This document shows positions 11,855 to 21,864 of a stretch of 32,000 nucleotides of DNA, piece by piece. Made by a program: the position numbers and the translations under genes. This DNA comes from Bacillus subtilis subsp. subtilis str. 168. Its GTDB lineage: Bacteria; Bacillota; Bacilli; Bacillales; Bacillaceae. The notes beneath the pieces were generated by a model. That model was not told the DNA's origin, searched no databases, and was given only the letters and a program-made list of their open reading frames with translations. The stretch covers positions 2,370,001-2,402,000 of the forward strand of contig NC_000964.3 in the NCBI RefSeq assembly GCF_000009045.1. The letters run 5' to 3'. Within the stretch, counting starts at the first letter, position 1. Every line of letters starts with the position of its first letter.

Positions 11855-11883
11855 ATCGTAACATCTTTCTGATAATTAATCAA
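11855..11883 (-). promoter_or_regulatory. Candidate sigma-A promoter of ndk
   Basis: The minus strand reads TTGATT-17 nt-TACGAT, about 50 nt upstream of the ndk ATG. Called by eye only. Confidence 0.4.
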
Positions 11884-11918
11884 TCCGGGGCGGAGAAATT
11901 TCTTAATATCTACAAAAA

Positions 11919-12965
11919 TTAAAATTTTCTTTTACCGATATATTTTGCGATGGCTGCAAGAGACGAGCGTGCGCGCCCTCGAGGAAGCGTGTTTAATTTC
12001 TGAAAAGCTTTCTGCAGATACATTTCGCTTACTGCCATAGATGCTTCAATTGCATCTGTTTTTTTGATTTCTTCAATGATTGGTTCAAGCTGTTCCTGCG
12101 TTGTCTCACTGTTAATCAATTTAAGCTGGTTTTTTAATGCAGGATTTTTCAGGGCATACAGCACTGGCAATGTGACGTTTCCTTGAAGCAAATCTCCTCC
12201 TACGGGTTTACCCAGCTCTTCCTCAGTTGAAGTAAAATCAAGAATATCATCAATAATCTGATAAGACATGCCGACGTAATACCCAAACCAGTACAATGCC
12301 TTATGAATCTTCTCATCAGCTCCAGACGCAATGGCACCAAGCTGGCAGCTGACCGCGATCAAGAGAGCTGTTTTTCTTTTGATACGGCGGAGATACGTTC
12401 TGAGATTTTGTTCCATGTTGTATTTGTCTTTGATCTGCTCAATTTCCCCTAGACAAACTTCAACGATCGTCTGTGACAAAATCCTATGGGCTTTCGGTTC
12501 GTTAATTCTCGTCATCATTTCAAGAGATCCCGCAAGCATATAATCGCCTGTGTACATCGCAATACGATTGTCCCACTTTGCTTTGATTGTCGGTTTTCCT
12601 CGGCGAAGCTCTGCATCATCAATGACATCATCATGAACCAAAGATGCCATGTGAATCATTTCCAGAGTGACGGCGACATATTTAATCTTATTAATATCAT
12701 AATCGCCAAACATGCCAGAAAGCAGCACGAAAACAGGCCGAATACGTTTCCCTCCGGCCTGCAGCAGGTGAAGACCTGCCTCGCTTAAAAGCGGGTAATC
12801 GGAACGTACGGTTTGTTCAAGTTCTCTTTCGATTACATCAATATCGTCATTTAAAAAAGAGTAGGCCATTTTAAATTTCATATCATTCACCCAAACATCT
12901 GTGTTTTCATTTCCATCCGATATGCGTGGCAGCGACTCCGCCAGTAAACGAATGATATTTAACAT
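11919..12965 (-). CDS. hepT: Heptaprenyl diphosphate synthase component II (trans-polyprenyl synthase); true start may be ATG 12881
   Basis: 348-codon ORF with two polyprenyl-synthase Asp-rich motifs (LVHDDVIDD and QIIDDILD). The longest ORF overlaps menG by 59 nt and has no SD. An internal ATG at 12881 has one (see findings). Confidence 0.9.
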
Positions 12966-13608
12966 TTTTCAGGCCCGCCTCTTCAAACAGGCCTGCCAGT
13001 TCCTTCATTCCAGGGAAATCTCTGGCTGATTCTTGAAGCCAAGAATATTCTTTATAGCTCTTCGCAAACAGTTTCCCGAAAAACGGCATAATATACTTAA
13101 AGTACATAAAGTAAGCCTGTCTGAATCCGAACATTTCCGGCTGGGACGTTTCCAGACATACCACCTGCCCGCCCGGCTTCACTACACGTCTCATCTCTTT
13201 CAGTACAGTCAAGTAATCAGGGACATTGCGGAGTCCGAAGCCAATGGTGACATAATCAAATGTATCATCATCAAAAGGAAGCTCCATCGCATTTCCGTGC
13301 AGCAGTTCAATTTGGCTGAATCCGCCGTCTTTTACTTTCTGCTCGCCGACACTCAGCATATTTTCACTGAAATCCAAGCCCTTGATCTCGCCGCTTTTGC
13401 CTGCCGCTTTTGCAAGAGCGATCGTCCAGTCAGCCGTTCCGCAGCAGACATCAAGTGCTTTTGCGCCTTCCTTTACATTCATGATGCGCATCGTTTTGTC
13501 GCGCCATTTTTTATGCTGCTGAAAACTGATGACAGAGTTCATTTGGTCATAATTTTTATATATTTTTTCAAATACTCCGTGTACGCGCTGTTCTTTTGAG
13601 TCCTGCAT
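12907..13608 (-). CDS. menG: Demethylmenaquinone methyltransferase (UbiE/MenG family; gerCB / menH in older B. subtilis names)
   Basis: 233-aa ORF. The SAM-binding motif is [10 protein letters not shown], and the UbiE-family motif is RVVKPGG. Confidence 0.92.
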   Translation of the reverse strand: MQDSKEQRVHGVFEKIYKNYDQMNSVISFQQHKKWRDKTMRIMNVKEGAKALDVCCGTADWTIALAKAAGKSGEIKGLDFSENMLSVGEQKVKDGGFSQIELLHGNAMELPFDDDTFDYVTIGFGLRNVPDYLTVLKEMRRVVKPGGQVVCLETSQPEMFGFRQAYFMYFKYIMPFFGKLFAKSYKEYSWLQESARDFPGMKELAGLFEEAGLKNVKYHSFTGGVAATHIGWK

Positions 13609-13614
13609 AATGGT

Positions 13615-14406
<792 letters not shown>

Positions 14407-14453
14407 TTAATCTATGTATGAGTTTTATCTTTTCATTCGCTTACGCAGGTATC

Positions 14454-14485
14454 ATTATAGCATAAAAAAAAGAAATTGGCTGTAT
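14454..14485 (-). promoter_or_regulatory. Candidate promoter of hepS-menG-hepT (extended -10)
   Basis: The minus strand reads TGcTATAAT, with the -10 as the complement of 14454..14459. The -35 is weak and lies in the U-tract of the mtrB terminator. Called by eye only. Confidence 0.4.
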
Positions 14486-14530
14486 CCTCCCGCTGTTTGC
14501 GAGCATTTGCTTTTAACAGCGGGGACAGCC
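14464..14530 (-). terminator. Intrinsic terminator downstream of mtrB
   Basis: A long interrupted stem forms between GGCUGUCCCCGCUGUU and AACAGCGGGAGGAUACAGCC. It is followed by a run of eight U (plus-strand A-run 14464..14471). Confidence 0.8.
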
Positions 14531-14533
14531 AGC

Positions 14534-14761
14534 TTATTTTTTTTCGCTTTTCATTTCTCCGTACGCGGTTTGAATCAGTGCCTCTCCTCTGACTTTAATG
14601 GCAGAAGTATGCTCTGTAAACTGAGCGATGATCACTTCTCCCTTGTCGAGTTTTTCGGAATGGTGAAACTTTGTGTCTGTTCCTCTTGTCAGGCCGATCA
14701 CATTCACTCCGTCCTCAACGGCTTTAATGACGACAAAATCACTTGAATGCTTTTGGTTCAT
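14534..14761 (-). CDS. mtrB: trp RNA-binding attenuation protein (TRAP)
   Basis: 75-aa ORF with the TRAP core [37 protein letters not shown]. It lies 21 nt downstream of folE. Confidence 0.95.
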   Translation of the reverse strand: MNQKHSSDFVVIKAVEDGVNVIGLTRGTDTKFHHSEKLDKGEVIIAQFTEHTSAIKVRGEALIQTAYGEMKSEKK

Positions 14762-14782
14762 TTATAGCACCCTCTATCTTTA

Positions 14783-15355
14783 TTAGTCCTGGCGTTTAAT
14801 ATGTTCCAATACTTCTGCACGGGCAGCGGCATCATCTTTAAAAACGCCTCTGACTGCTGAAGTCACAGTTTTCGCACCCGGTTTTCTTACACCGCGCATC
14901 GTCATGCACATGTGTTCCGCTTCAACCACTACCATTACGCCATGCGGATCAAGCGTTTCTACGATGCTTTCTGCAATTGTAGAAGTGATGCGTTCCTGAA
15001 GCTGCGGGCGCTTTGCAACGGCTTCAACGGCACGTGCCAGTTTGCTGAGTCCTGTGACCTTTCCGCCTCGCGGGATATATGCAACATGTGCTTTTCCATA
15101 AAAGGGAACAAGGTGATGCTCACACATAGAATGAAACGCTATATCTTTTACAAGAACAAGCTCCTCATGGTTTTCACCGAAGATAGTCTGGAAATGTTCT
15201 TTTGGATCTTCATTCAAGCCGGAGAATACTTCGGCATACATCTTTGCGACTCTTTTCGGAGTATCAAGAAGCCCTTCTCTATTCGGGTCTTCTCCGATCG
15301 CTTCTAAAATTTGACGAACAGCTTGTTCGATTTGCTCTTTATTAACTTCTTTCAT
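14783..15355 (-). CDS. folE: GTP cyclohydrolase I
   Basis: 190-aa ORF with the zinc/active-site motifs [10 protein letters not shown] and EAEHMCM. This is the mtrA gene of the mtr operon. Confidence 0.95.
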   Translation of the reverse strand: MKEVNKEQIEQAVRQILEAIGEDPNREGLLDTPKRVAKMYAEVFSGLNEDPKEHFQTIFGENHEELVLVKDIAFHSMCEHHLVPFYGKAHVAYIPRGGKVTGLSKLARAVEAVAKRPQLQERITSTIAESIVETLDPHGVMVVVEAEHMCMTMRGVRKPGAKTVTSAVRGVFKDDAAARAEVLEHIKRQD

Positions 15356-15392
15356 GTTCTATGTCCTCCACCAATGAATACATTTAATTTCG

Positions 15393-15422
15393 ATTCTAGC
15401 ACATATGCCCCGCTAAAAGCAA
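15393..15422 (-). promoter_or_regulatory. Candidate sigma-A promoter of folE-mtrB
   Basis: The minus strand reads TTGCTT-18 nt-TAGAAT, with TG one nt upstream of the -10 (TGcTAGAAT). It lies about 35 nt upstream of the folE ATG. Confidence 0.5.
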
Positions 15423-15455
15423 AGTGAATGCCCTGTCAGGAAGCCCATGCTCTTG

Positions 15456-15487
15456 AAATATGAAAAGCCCCTTAGAAAGGGGCTTTT
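15456..15487 (-). terminator. Intrinsic terminator downstream of hbs
   Basis: A 10-bp stem (AAAAGCCCCU / AGGGGCUUUU) spans 15463..15487. It is followed by U-rich sequence on the minus strand. Confidence 0.8.
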
Positions 15488-15542
15488 CTGTGAAGAAATA
15501 AAGTGTATGTAAGCTAGATGCATACACGATCTATATTCACAA

Positions 15543-15821
15543 TTATTTTCCGGCAACTGCGTCTTTAAGCGCTTTACCTGGTTTGAAAGCAGGTACTTTG
15601 CTTGCTGGAATTTCGATTTCTTCACCTGTTTGAGGATTGCGTCCTTTACGTGCAGAACGTTCACGCACCTCGAAGTTACCAAAACCGATCAGTTGGATTT
15701 TATCACCGTTTTTAAGTGCATCTAAGATCGTATCAAAAACAGAGTCAACTGCTTTTGTAGCGTCTTTTTTAGACAATTCGCTTGCTTCTGCAACCGCATT
15801 GATAAGTTCTGTTTTGTTCAT
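15543..15821 (-). CDS. hbs: Non-specific DNA-binding protein HBsu (HU family)
   Basis: The ORF runs 15543..15869. The start is trimmed to ATG 15821 (92 aa, [14 protein letters not shown]...), which follows the SD GGGAGGAGGTGA. The HU arm is [28 protein letters not shown]. Confidence 0.95.
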   Translation of the reverse strand: MNKTELINAVAEASELSKKDATKAVDSVFDTILDALKNGDKIQLIGFGNFEVRERSARKGRNPQTGEEIEIPASKVPAFKPGKALKDAVAGK

Positions 15822-16153
15822 GCCTTTCACCTCCTCCCAAAAGGATACATTCAGTTCGTTTATTATCATTTCTTCACAGTTCAGTCTGATTCTAAACCTG
15901 TCTCAGAAAAAAATGAGAGCAAGTAAGAGAAAGACAATTAAACGGCTTTTTAAGAAAAACTGCACTCTGAGGAATGTTTGTCCAACAAAGTGAAGAATTT
16001 CTGTATGTAGAGTAACACATATAAAAAGCCATATCAAGCATTTTAAAGCGTCAATCCCTTGCTCGTCAAGGATTTAAGGTGATTTACCGAACGAATATTC
16101 CTTTTTTTCCTTTTTTCATCCTATTCCTTGATCCTTTTCCATTATTAAGAGCA

Positions 16154-16187
16154 AAGAAAAAAGACCTCCCATTCTATAAAGAGGTCT
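16154..16187 (-). terminator. Intrinsic terminator downstream of spoIVA
   Basis: The minus-strand RNA reads AGACCUC-12 nt loop-GAGGUCU (16162..16187), followed by UUUUUUC. Confidence 0.8.
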
Positions 16188-16194
16188 ACCGGTA

Positions 16195-17673
16195 TTACAG
16201 GATGATGGCGATTAAGCCGCCAGAGCCTTCGTTTATGATTCTTTCTAATGTTTCTTTTAATTTATACCGTGCGTTTTCAGGCATCAATGACAGCTTTGCC
16301 TGAATCCCTTCTCTCACAATTGAGCTCAGCGACCTTCCGAAGATATCGGAATTCCAGATGGAGAGCGGATCATCCTCAAAGTCCTGCATTAAATAGCGTA
16401 CAAGCTCTTCACTTTGTTTTTCCGTTCCGATAATCGGGGCGAATTCGCTTTCGACATCTACTTTGATCATATGGATCGACGGAGCGACAGCTTTCAGCCT
16501 CACACCGAATCGCGAGCCCTGCCTTATAATTTCCGGCTCATCGAGACTCATATCAGCTAAAGCAGGCGCTGCAATGCCGTATCCCGTCTGTTTGACCATT
16601 TTTAAGGCATCAGACACTTGATCATATTCTGTTTTCGCATGGGCGAAGTCTTGCATGAGCTCAAGCAGATGGTCTCTTCCTCTGATTTCGACGCCCACAA
16701 CTTCTTTTAGGATTTGATCATATAGATGATCAGGCGCGTACAAATCAATTTCTGCCACCCCTTGGCCCAGCTCAATTCCGGCTAATCCGGCACTTTCAAT
16801 GAATTCAAACTCGCTGAATTGGCCGACAACCCTGTCTACGTCCCGGAGCCGTTTAATATCCTTAACCGTTTCCTTCACGGACTCCTGATAGCTTTCACGC
16901 AACCAATGGTTTTCTTTCAGCACCATTACCCAGCTTGGGAGATTGACATTCACTTCTAGCACCGGAAACTCGTAGAGGGCCTCTCTGAGCACACTCAGCA
17001 CATCTGATTCCCGCATGCTCTCTACACTCATTGCCAATACCGGGATATCATATTTTTCGCTTAAATCCTGGCGCATGGCTTCCGTTTCCGGGTGATACGG
17101 CCTGACTGAGTTGATGACCATAATAAAAGGTTTGCCAACCTCTTTCAGCTCTTCAATGACTCTTTCTTCAGCCTCTATATAGTCACTTCTGGCGATATCT
17201 CCAATGGTGCCGTCTGTCGTAATGACAACTCCGATGGTCGAGTGTTCTTGAATGACTTTTCGTGTGCCGATTTCAGCAGCCTCATGAAATGGGATCGGTT
17301 CTTCGTACCAAGGCGTATTGATCATCCGCGGCCCGTTTTCATCTTCATATCCTTTAGCGCCGGGCACTGTGTAACCTACACAATCTACTAATCTTATATT
17401 CACATCGAGTCCGTCTGACACATGAACAGACATCGCCTGATTCGGAACAAATTTAGGCTCTGTAGTCATAATGGTTTTGCCGGCTGCGCTCTGCGGCAGT
17501 TCATCCTGCGCTCGGGCCCGGTCTGCTTCGTTACTGATATTCGGGAGCACCACAAGCTCCATAAATTTTTTAATGAACGTGGATTTTCCTGTACGGACAG
17601 CACCTACGACTCCTAAGTATATATCGCCTCCTGTTCGTTCAGCGATATCCTTGAAAATATCGACCTTTTCCAA
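16195..17673 (-). CDS. spoIVA: Stage IV sporulation protein A (spore coat basement-layer ATPase)
   Basis: The ORF runs 16195..17706. The start is placed at TTG 17673 (492 aa, (M)EKVDIFKDIAERTGG...), which follows the SD GGGAGGGG. The Walker A motif is GAVRTGKST. Confidence 0.93.
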   Translation of the reverse strand: MEKVDIFKDIAERTGGDIYLGVVGAVRTGKSTFIKKFMELVVLPNISNEADRARAQDELPQSAAGKTIMTTEPKFVPNQAMSVHVSDGLDVNIRLVDCVGYTVPGAKGYEDENGPRMINTPWYEEPIPFHEAAEIGTRKVIQEHSTIGVVITTDGTIGDIARSDYIEAEERVIEELKEVGKPFIMVINSVRPYHPETEAMRQDLSEKYDIPVLAMSVESMRESDVLSVLREALYEFPVLEVNVNLPSWVMVLKENHWLRESYQESVKETVKDIKRLRDVDRVVGQFSEFEFIESAGLAGIELGQGVAEIDLYAPDHLYDQILKEVVGVEIRGRDHLLELMQDFAHAKTEYDQVSDALKMVKQTGYGIAAPALADMSLDEPEIIRQGSRFGVRLKAVAPSIHMIKVDVESEFAPIIGTEKQSEELVRYLMQDFEDDPLSIWNSDIFGRSLSSIVREGIQAKLSLMPENARYKLKETLERIINEGSGGLIAIIL

Positions 17674-17744
17674 GTGATCCCCTCCCGGACTTCCTATCCT
17701 TTTCAATTTTATTAAGCTCTTTCAATCAAACACAGGACACTATA

Positions 17745-17774
17745 TGTGTATGACGTTGTCCTATTTGAATATGA
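17745..17774 (-). promoter_or_regulatory. Candidate sigma-E (mother-cell) promoter of spoIVA
   Basis: The minus strand reads TCATATTC-14 nt-CATACACA. This matches the sigma-E consensus (-35 ATATT, -10 CATACA-T). It lies about 70 nt upstream of the start codon. Confidence 0.55.
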
Positions 17775-17811
17775 CATCTTTAGAAAATTTCTCATCCTCA
17801 ATCTATTAATA

Positions 17812-17853
17812 TAAAAAAACCTTTCTCCCTATTTGTATGCAAGGGAGAAAGGT
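17812..17853 (-). terminator. Intrinsic terminator downstream of yphF
   Basis: A 13-bp stem (AACCUUUCUCCCU / AGGGAGAAAGGUU) begins immediately after the TGA stop. It is followed by UUUUUUUA. Confidence 0.85.
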
Positions 17854-18588
17854 TCATTCCTTTTTCATATCATTTTCTAAAAAAACAGGTTCCTGTTTGT
17901 CATTTACCGTATATTTTACAGAAAACGCGGGGACAAAGGGGGTTTCATGCCAAATCATATCCTGGATTTCAGTCCCGGGTTTAAACGTTTTTTTGCTTTT
18001 TTTGAGGCAAGAAGCCAGCTCAGTCCGGTAATCGGCATATATTTCTCCGTCTCCGTCAATCATAAGCGGCAAGGAATTCCCTGAGATTGGGCTTGTCACT
18101 GTAAGAGAGCTGCCATCCCCAAGCTTCTTCTCATCGAGTGTAAATAAATCACGAGATAGCACATCCTTGTAAGGCGGATATTGATGCTCCTGACGATACA
18201 TTTGGATGCGCAATTTCACATCGCGAATTTTTTCTGCCATCTTTAGATCAATTAATTTAACAGTCGGATCGTTCTCTACGTCAACAAGCACGTATTGATA
18301 GTCTCCCCCGCTTTCAAATGCCGTACTTGGAGGTTCAGCTATGTATCTTGGCGCTAACCGGTTAAAGTCTATCGGATATTTTTGATATAGCGGTGTCGAC
18401 ATATCTTTGGTTTGAATAGGAAGCAGCCCTCCATTTGCCTTTTGAAATTCATCAACAGCAGATTGAACCTGCTTTAGCTGGTCTTGATAAGGAATGGCAT
18501 GCACACTGCTTTTCCGTTCATTTGGATATAAACATCCGGATAAAAACACGACTGCCGCAAAAATGATTGCGCACTTCAGTTTACCCAT
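17854..18588 (-). CDS. yphF: Putative lipoprotein of unknown function
   Basis: 244-aa ORF. Its signal peptide has a lipobox ([19 protein letters not shown]). No catalytic motif was recognised. Confidence 0.85.
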
Positions 18589-18609
18589 ACAGCACTTCCT
18601 TTTACAGCT

Positions 18610-18813
18610 TTATTCATTGACAGGGCCGCTAAAAACCACGACAAACACAATAATTCCAGATATGAGCATACACATGTATGCGAATGATGAAATCGCAATC
18701 TTCAAAAAACGGTTTTGGCACTTAAAGCGGCTTAAATAGATGGAAGCTACAGCCAGAAACATCAGACCCATGGACCCTAGAGCAAACCACATTTTCATCA
18801 ATGCCAGATTCAA
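18610..18813 (-). CDS. yphE: Small two-pass membrane protein of unknown function
   Basis: The ORF runs 18610..18975. The start is placed at TTG 18813 (67 aa), 9 nt after the SD GGGGAGG. There are two hydrophobic segments. The upstream extension reads through the gpsA terminator and is rejected. Confidence 0.7.
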   Translation of the reverse strand: MNLALMKMWFALGSMGLMFLAVASIYLSRFKCQNRFLKIAISSFAYMCMLISGIIVFVVVFSGPVNE

Positions 18814-18852
18814 TGACGTGCGCCTCCCCGATATGTAAGATATAAGCGTTAT

Positions 18853-18887
18853 ATTATATTTTAATATACAGCGCCGGAAAAGATCAA
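18853..18887 (-). promoter_or_regulatory. Candidate promoter of yphE-yphF
   Basis: The minus strand reads TTGATC-18 nt-TAAAAT, and a TATAAT lies 5 nt further downstream. It sits between the gpsA terminator and the yphE SD. Called by eye only. Confidence 0.35.
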
Positions 18888-18912
18888 CCAGATTTTCCAT
18901 CCATTGATAGAA

Positions 18913-18950
18913 CAAAAAAACTGAAGCAAAGAGGGGGACCTTCGCTTCAG
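18913..18950 (-). terminator. Intrinsic terminator of the der-gpsA transcription unit
   Basis: The minus-strand RNA reads CUGAAGC-16 nt-GCUUCAG (18921..18950), followed by UUUUUUUG. It lies about 200 nt after the gpsA stop. Confidence 0.75.
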
Positions 18951-19150
18951 TCAACTTGACTATATTCACCTGCACGTTTAAGAAACACTCTCTTGGACTT
19001 CGATGCTATAGTATGCGACTTGGCATACAGATGCATCCTCTATTGCCTAAATCGGCAAAATGTTTCAGGAGATCCCAAGACTTGGGTGTTCTTCTGTTTT
19101 TCGGGCTTTCGTTCAATTAAGATATGCGATTCACCATTTGATTGACACTT

Positions 19151-20188
19151 TTACTTCACTTGATTTTCAAACGTATTTACCAAATCCTCCATCTCGTGGG
19201 TTTTCCCTCTCGCCATTAAAGATTCAACAGCGGTTTCCACTTTTTGTCCGTTGAATAGGACCTGATGGAGAGCTTCTGTAATCGGCATTTTAACATCATA
19301 TTTCTTCGAAAGCTGATAAGCCGCTTTCGTCGTGCGGACGCCTTCGACTACCATTCCCATCTCTTCAAGAACATCTTCAAGCTTGTACCCTTTTCCGAGC
19401 AAATTGCCCGCACGCCAGTTTCTGGAATGAACACTTGTGCACGTCACAATCAGATCGCCTACTCCTGTCAATCCAGAGAACGTCAAGGGATTTCCGCCCA
19501 TTTTCGTTCCGAGTCTCGCGATTTCGGCAAGTCCGCGTGTAATCAAAGCAGCTTTGGCATTGTCACCGTACCCTAAACCATCTGTAATTCCTGCAGCAAG
19601 GGCAATAATATTTTTTAAAGCCCCTCCGATTTCAACTCCGATAATGTCAGGATTTGTGTACACCCGAAAATTGTGATTAATAAATAGATCCTGCACCTCT
19701 TCTGCTGCCCTCATGCTCTTTGAAGATGCAGTAACAGTTGTGGGGTGCCGCAGCCCTACTTCTTCCGCATGACTCGGGCCGGAAAGGACAACGATATCTT
19801 TTCTGACATCACTCGGGAGCTCAATTTCCATAATTTCAGAAATGCGCAGAAGTGAATCTGGCTCAATACCCTTGCTGACATGAACAAAGACTGCCTTTTT
19901 CGTTATAAAAGGGACAGCCTGTCTCAGCACTTCCCGAATTGCTTTTGTCGGGACCGCAACGATAATGACATCTGCGTCTGAAACAGCCTCTTTCATATCT
20001 GTTGTTCCTTTAATGGATGTAGACAGCTTAACATTCGGCAAATAATCTTTGTTTTCATGCAACTCATTAATTTGATGAATTAAATCTGCACGGTGAGCCC
20101 ACACACACACTTCATTTCCATTATCAGTTAGAACTAAAGCCAGTGCTGTTCCCCAACTCCCCGCTCCAAGCATTGTGACTTTTTTCAT
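19151..20188 (-). CDS. gpsA: NAD(P)H-dependent glycerol-3-phosphate dehydrogenase
   Basis: 345-aa ORF with the N-terminal dinucleotide fold MLGAGSWGTALA and the GpsA motif GALKNIIALAAG. Confidence 0.95.
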   Translation of the reverse strand: MKKVTMLGAGSWGTALALVLTDNGNEVCVWAHRADLIHQINELHENKDYLPNVKLSTSIKGTTDMKEAVSDADVIIVAVPTKAIREVLRQAVPFITKKAVFVHVSKGIEPDSLLRISEIMEIELPSDVRKDIVVLSGPSHAEEVGLRHPTTVTASSKSMRAAEEVQDLFINHNFRVYTNPDIIGVEIGGALKNIIALAAGITDGLGYGDNAKAALITRGLAEIARLGTKMGGNPLTFSGLTGVGDLIVTCTSVHSRNWRAGNLLGKGYKLEDVLEEMGMVVEGVRTTKAAYQLSKKYDVKMPITEALHQVLFNGQKVETAVESLMARGKTHEMEDLVNTFENQVK

Positions 20189-20205
20189 GTTTGATTCACA
20201 CCTTT

Positions 20206-21516
20206 TTATTTTCTAGCTCTTGCAAATATTTTGATTGGTGTCCCCTCAAAACCGAACGCGTCTCTGATTCGGTTTTCTAAAAACCGTTCGTATGAAAAAT
20301 GCATCAGTTCCGGATCGTTTACAAACACAACGAAGCTTGGCGGCTTTACCGACACTTGAGTCGCATAGTAAATTTTCAAACGAGAACCGTTATGAGTCGG
20401 TGTCGGATTCATTGCCACAGCGTCCATGATGACATCATTTAAGACGTTTGTTTGAACTCGAAGTGAATGATTTTCACTAGCTTTGATAATCGCAGGCATC
20501 AGAGTATGGATCCGTTTTTTCGTTAAGGCAGACATAAATAGGATTGGCGCATAATCCAGAAATTGAAAATGATCGCGAATATTTTCTTCAAATTCTTTCA
20601 TCGTGCTCTCATCTTTGTCAACAGCATCCCATTTGTTTACGACGATGACGACGGCCTTGCCCGCTTCGTGTGCATAACCGGCGATACGCTTGTCCTGTTC
20701 AATAATGCCTTCTTCGCCATCCAGCACAACCGCCACGACTTCTGAGCGGTCAATCGCTTTTAGCGCCCGCAGTACACTATACTTCTCAGTCGTTTCATAG
20801 ACTTTCCCTTTTTTTCGCATACCTGCAGTATCGACAATGACAAACTCCTGCTGGTTGTAAGTAAATGACGTATCAACAGCATCTCTTGTCGTTCCAGCCA
20901 CGTTGCTGACAATAACGCGTTCTTCGCCGAGCATCGCATTCACAAGTGAAGACTTTCCGACATTTGGACGTCCGATCAGACAGAATTGAATAACTTCTTC
21001 ATTGTATTTCGTTTCAGGAATGTTTTTAAAATGCTCTGCAACGGCATCCAGTAAATCACCCAGTCCGAGTCCGTGTGTTCCCGAAATTGGATACGGCTCG
21101 CCAAAGCCTAGCGAATAAAAATCATAAATATTCGCTCTCATTTCTGTGTTATCCAGTTTATTAACCGCTAAAACAACAGGCTTTTTTGTGCGGTACAAAA
21201 TTTTCGCCACTTCTTCATCAGCAGCTGTCACGCCTTCACGGCCGTTCACCATAAAAATAATCACGTCCGCTTCATCCATGGCGATTTCAGCTTGCTGGCG
21301 AATCTGCGCTAAAAACGGCTCATCACCGATATCAATACCGCCCGTATCAATCAAATTAAAATCATAATTCAGCCATTCAGCCGAGCTGTATATCCGATCC
21401 CTTGTCACGCCAGGGGTATCTTCTACTATTGAAATTCTTTCTCCCGCAATCCGGTTAAAGATTGTGGATTTTCCTACATTTGGTCTCCCGACAATGGCTA
21501 CGACAGGTTTACCCAT
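20206..21516 (-). CDS. der: Ribosome-assembly GTPase Der/EngA (tandem GTPase domains)
   Basis: 436-aa ORF with two P-loops (GRPNVGKS twice). The G3 motifs are DTGG and DTAG, the G4 motifs are NKLD and NKWD, and a KH-like C-terminus is present. Confidence 0.95.
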
Positions 21517-21596
21517 AGTACCCTTCCTTTCAATCCAGCCGCTTTCATTTTTACATAAATTTTCAACCGGTTATTAAAATCATTTCATTCACTTTT

Positions 21597-21626
21597 ATGA
21601 AAAGAAACCCTTCAGAGGAAGGGCTT
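21597..21626 (-). terminator. Intrinsic terminator downstream of ypzH
   Basis: The minus-strand RNA reads AAGCCCUUC-CUCU-GAAGGGUUU (21605..21626), followed by CUUUUCAU. Confidence 0.65.
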
Positions 21627-21669
21627 AACTCATTTATTATATCAGTTTTTACTGGGATCACAACTATTC

Positions 21670-21864
21670 TTAAAAATGTTTCACGATCAAATACACGTCA
21701 TCTCCGATTCTGTGAGCTATTCCATCAAGGATCGCCTCAAGATTTTTAGCGAAAAGCTCCATCTCCTTTTGGTCATTGCAAAAAAAGACAGGTGCTCCCC
21801 CTGCAACCCGATTTCGATTTGTCGTGATTACAGACAAAATCACTTTCGTAAGAGATTCACTCAT
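21670..21864 (-). CDS. ypzH: Small soluble protein of unknown function, translationally coupled to seaA
   Basis: 64-aa ORF. Its ATG overlaps the seaA stop (ATGA at 21861..21864). It has no hydrophobic segment. The symbol is assigned from positional recollection of the strain 168 annotation. Confidence 0.65.
   Translation of the reverse strand: MSESLTKVILSVITTNRNRVAGGAPVFFCNDQKEMELFAKNLEAILDGIAHRIGDDVYLIVKHF

Noticed and set aside
13033-13599. 188-aa plus-strand ORF covering almost all of menG in antisense
   Set aside because: It has no SD. Its composition is low-complexity and Phe/Ile/Lys-rich, typical of the antisense frame of an AT-leaning gene. It is fully embedded in a well-supported methyltransferase gene.
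14414-14746. 110-aa plus-strand ORF antisense to mtrB
   Set aside because: It crosses the mtrB terminator stem and the hepS promoter region, and has no SD or motif support.
15413-15682. 89-aa minus-strand ORF overlapping the 3' half of hbs in another frame
   Set aside because: It reads through both 3'-UTR hairpins and the hbs terminator. The HU reading frame is unambiguous.
18814-18975. Upstream extension of yphE to 121 aa (GTG at 18975)
   Set aside because: The extension translates straight through the gpsA terminator hairpin and U-tract (18913..18950). The TTG at 18813 has a GGGGAGG SD.
19060-19254. 64-aa plus-strand ORF in the gpsA 3' region
   Set aside because: It overlaps the gpsA C-terminus in antisense, has no SD and has no terminator of its own.
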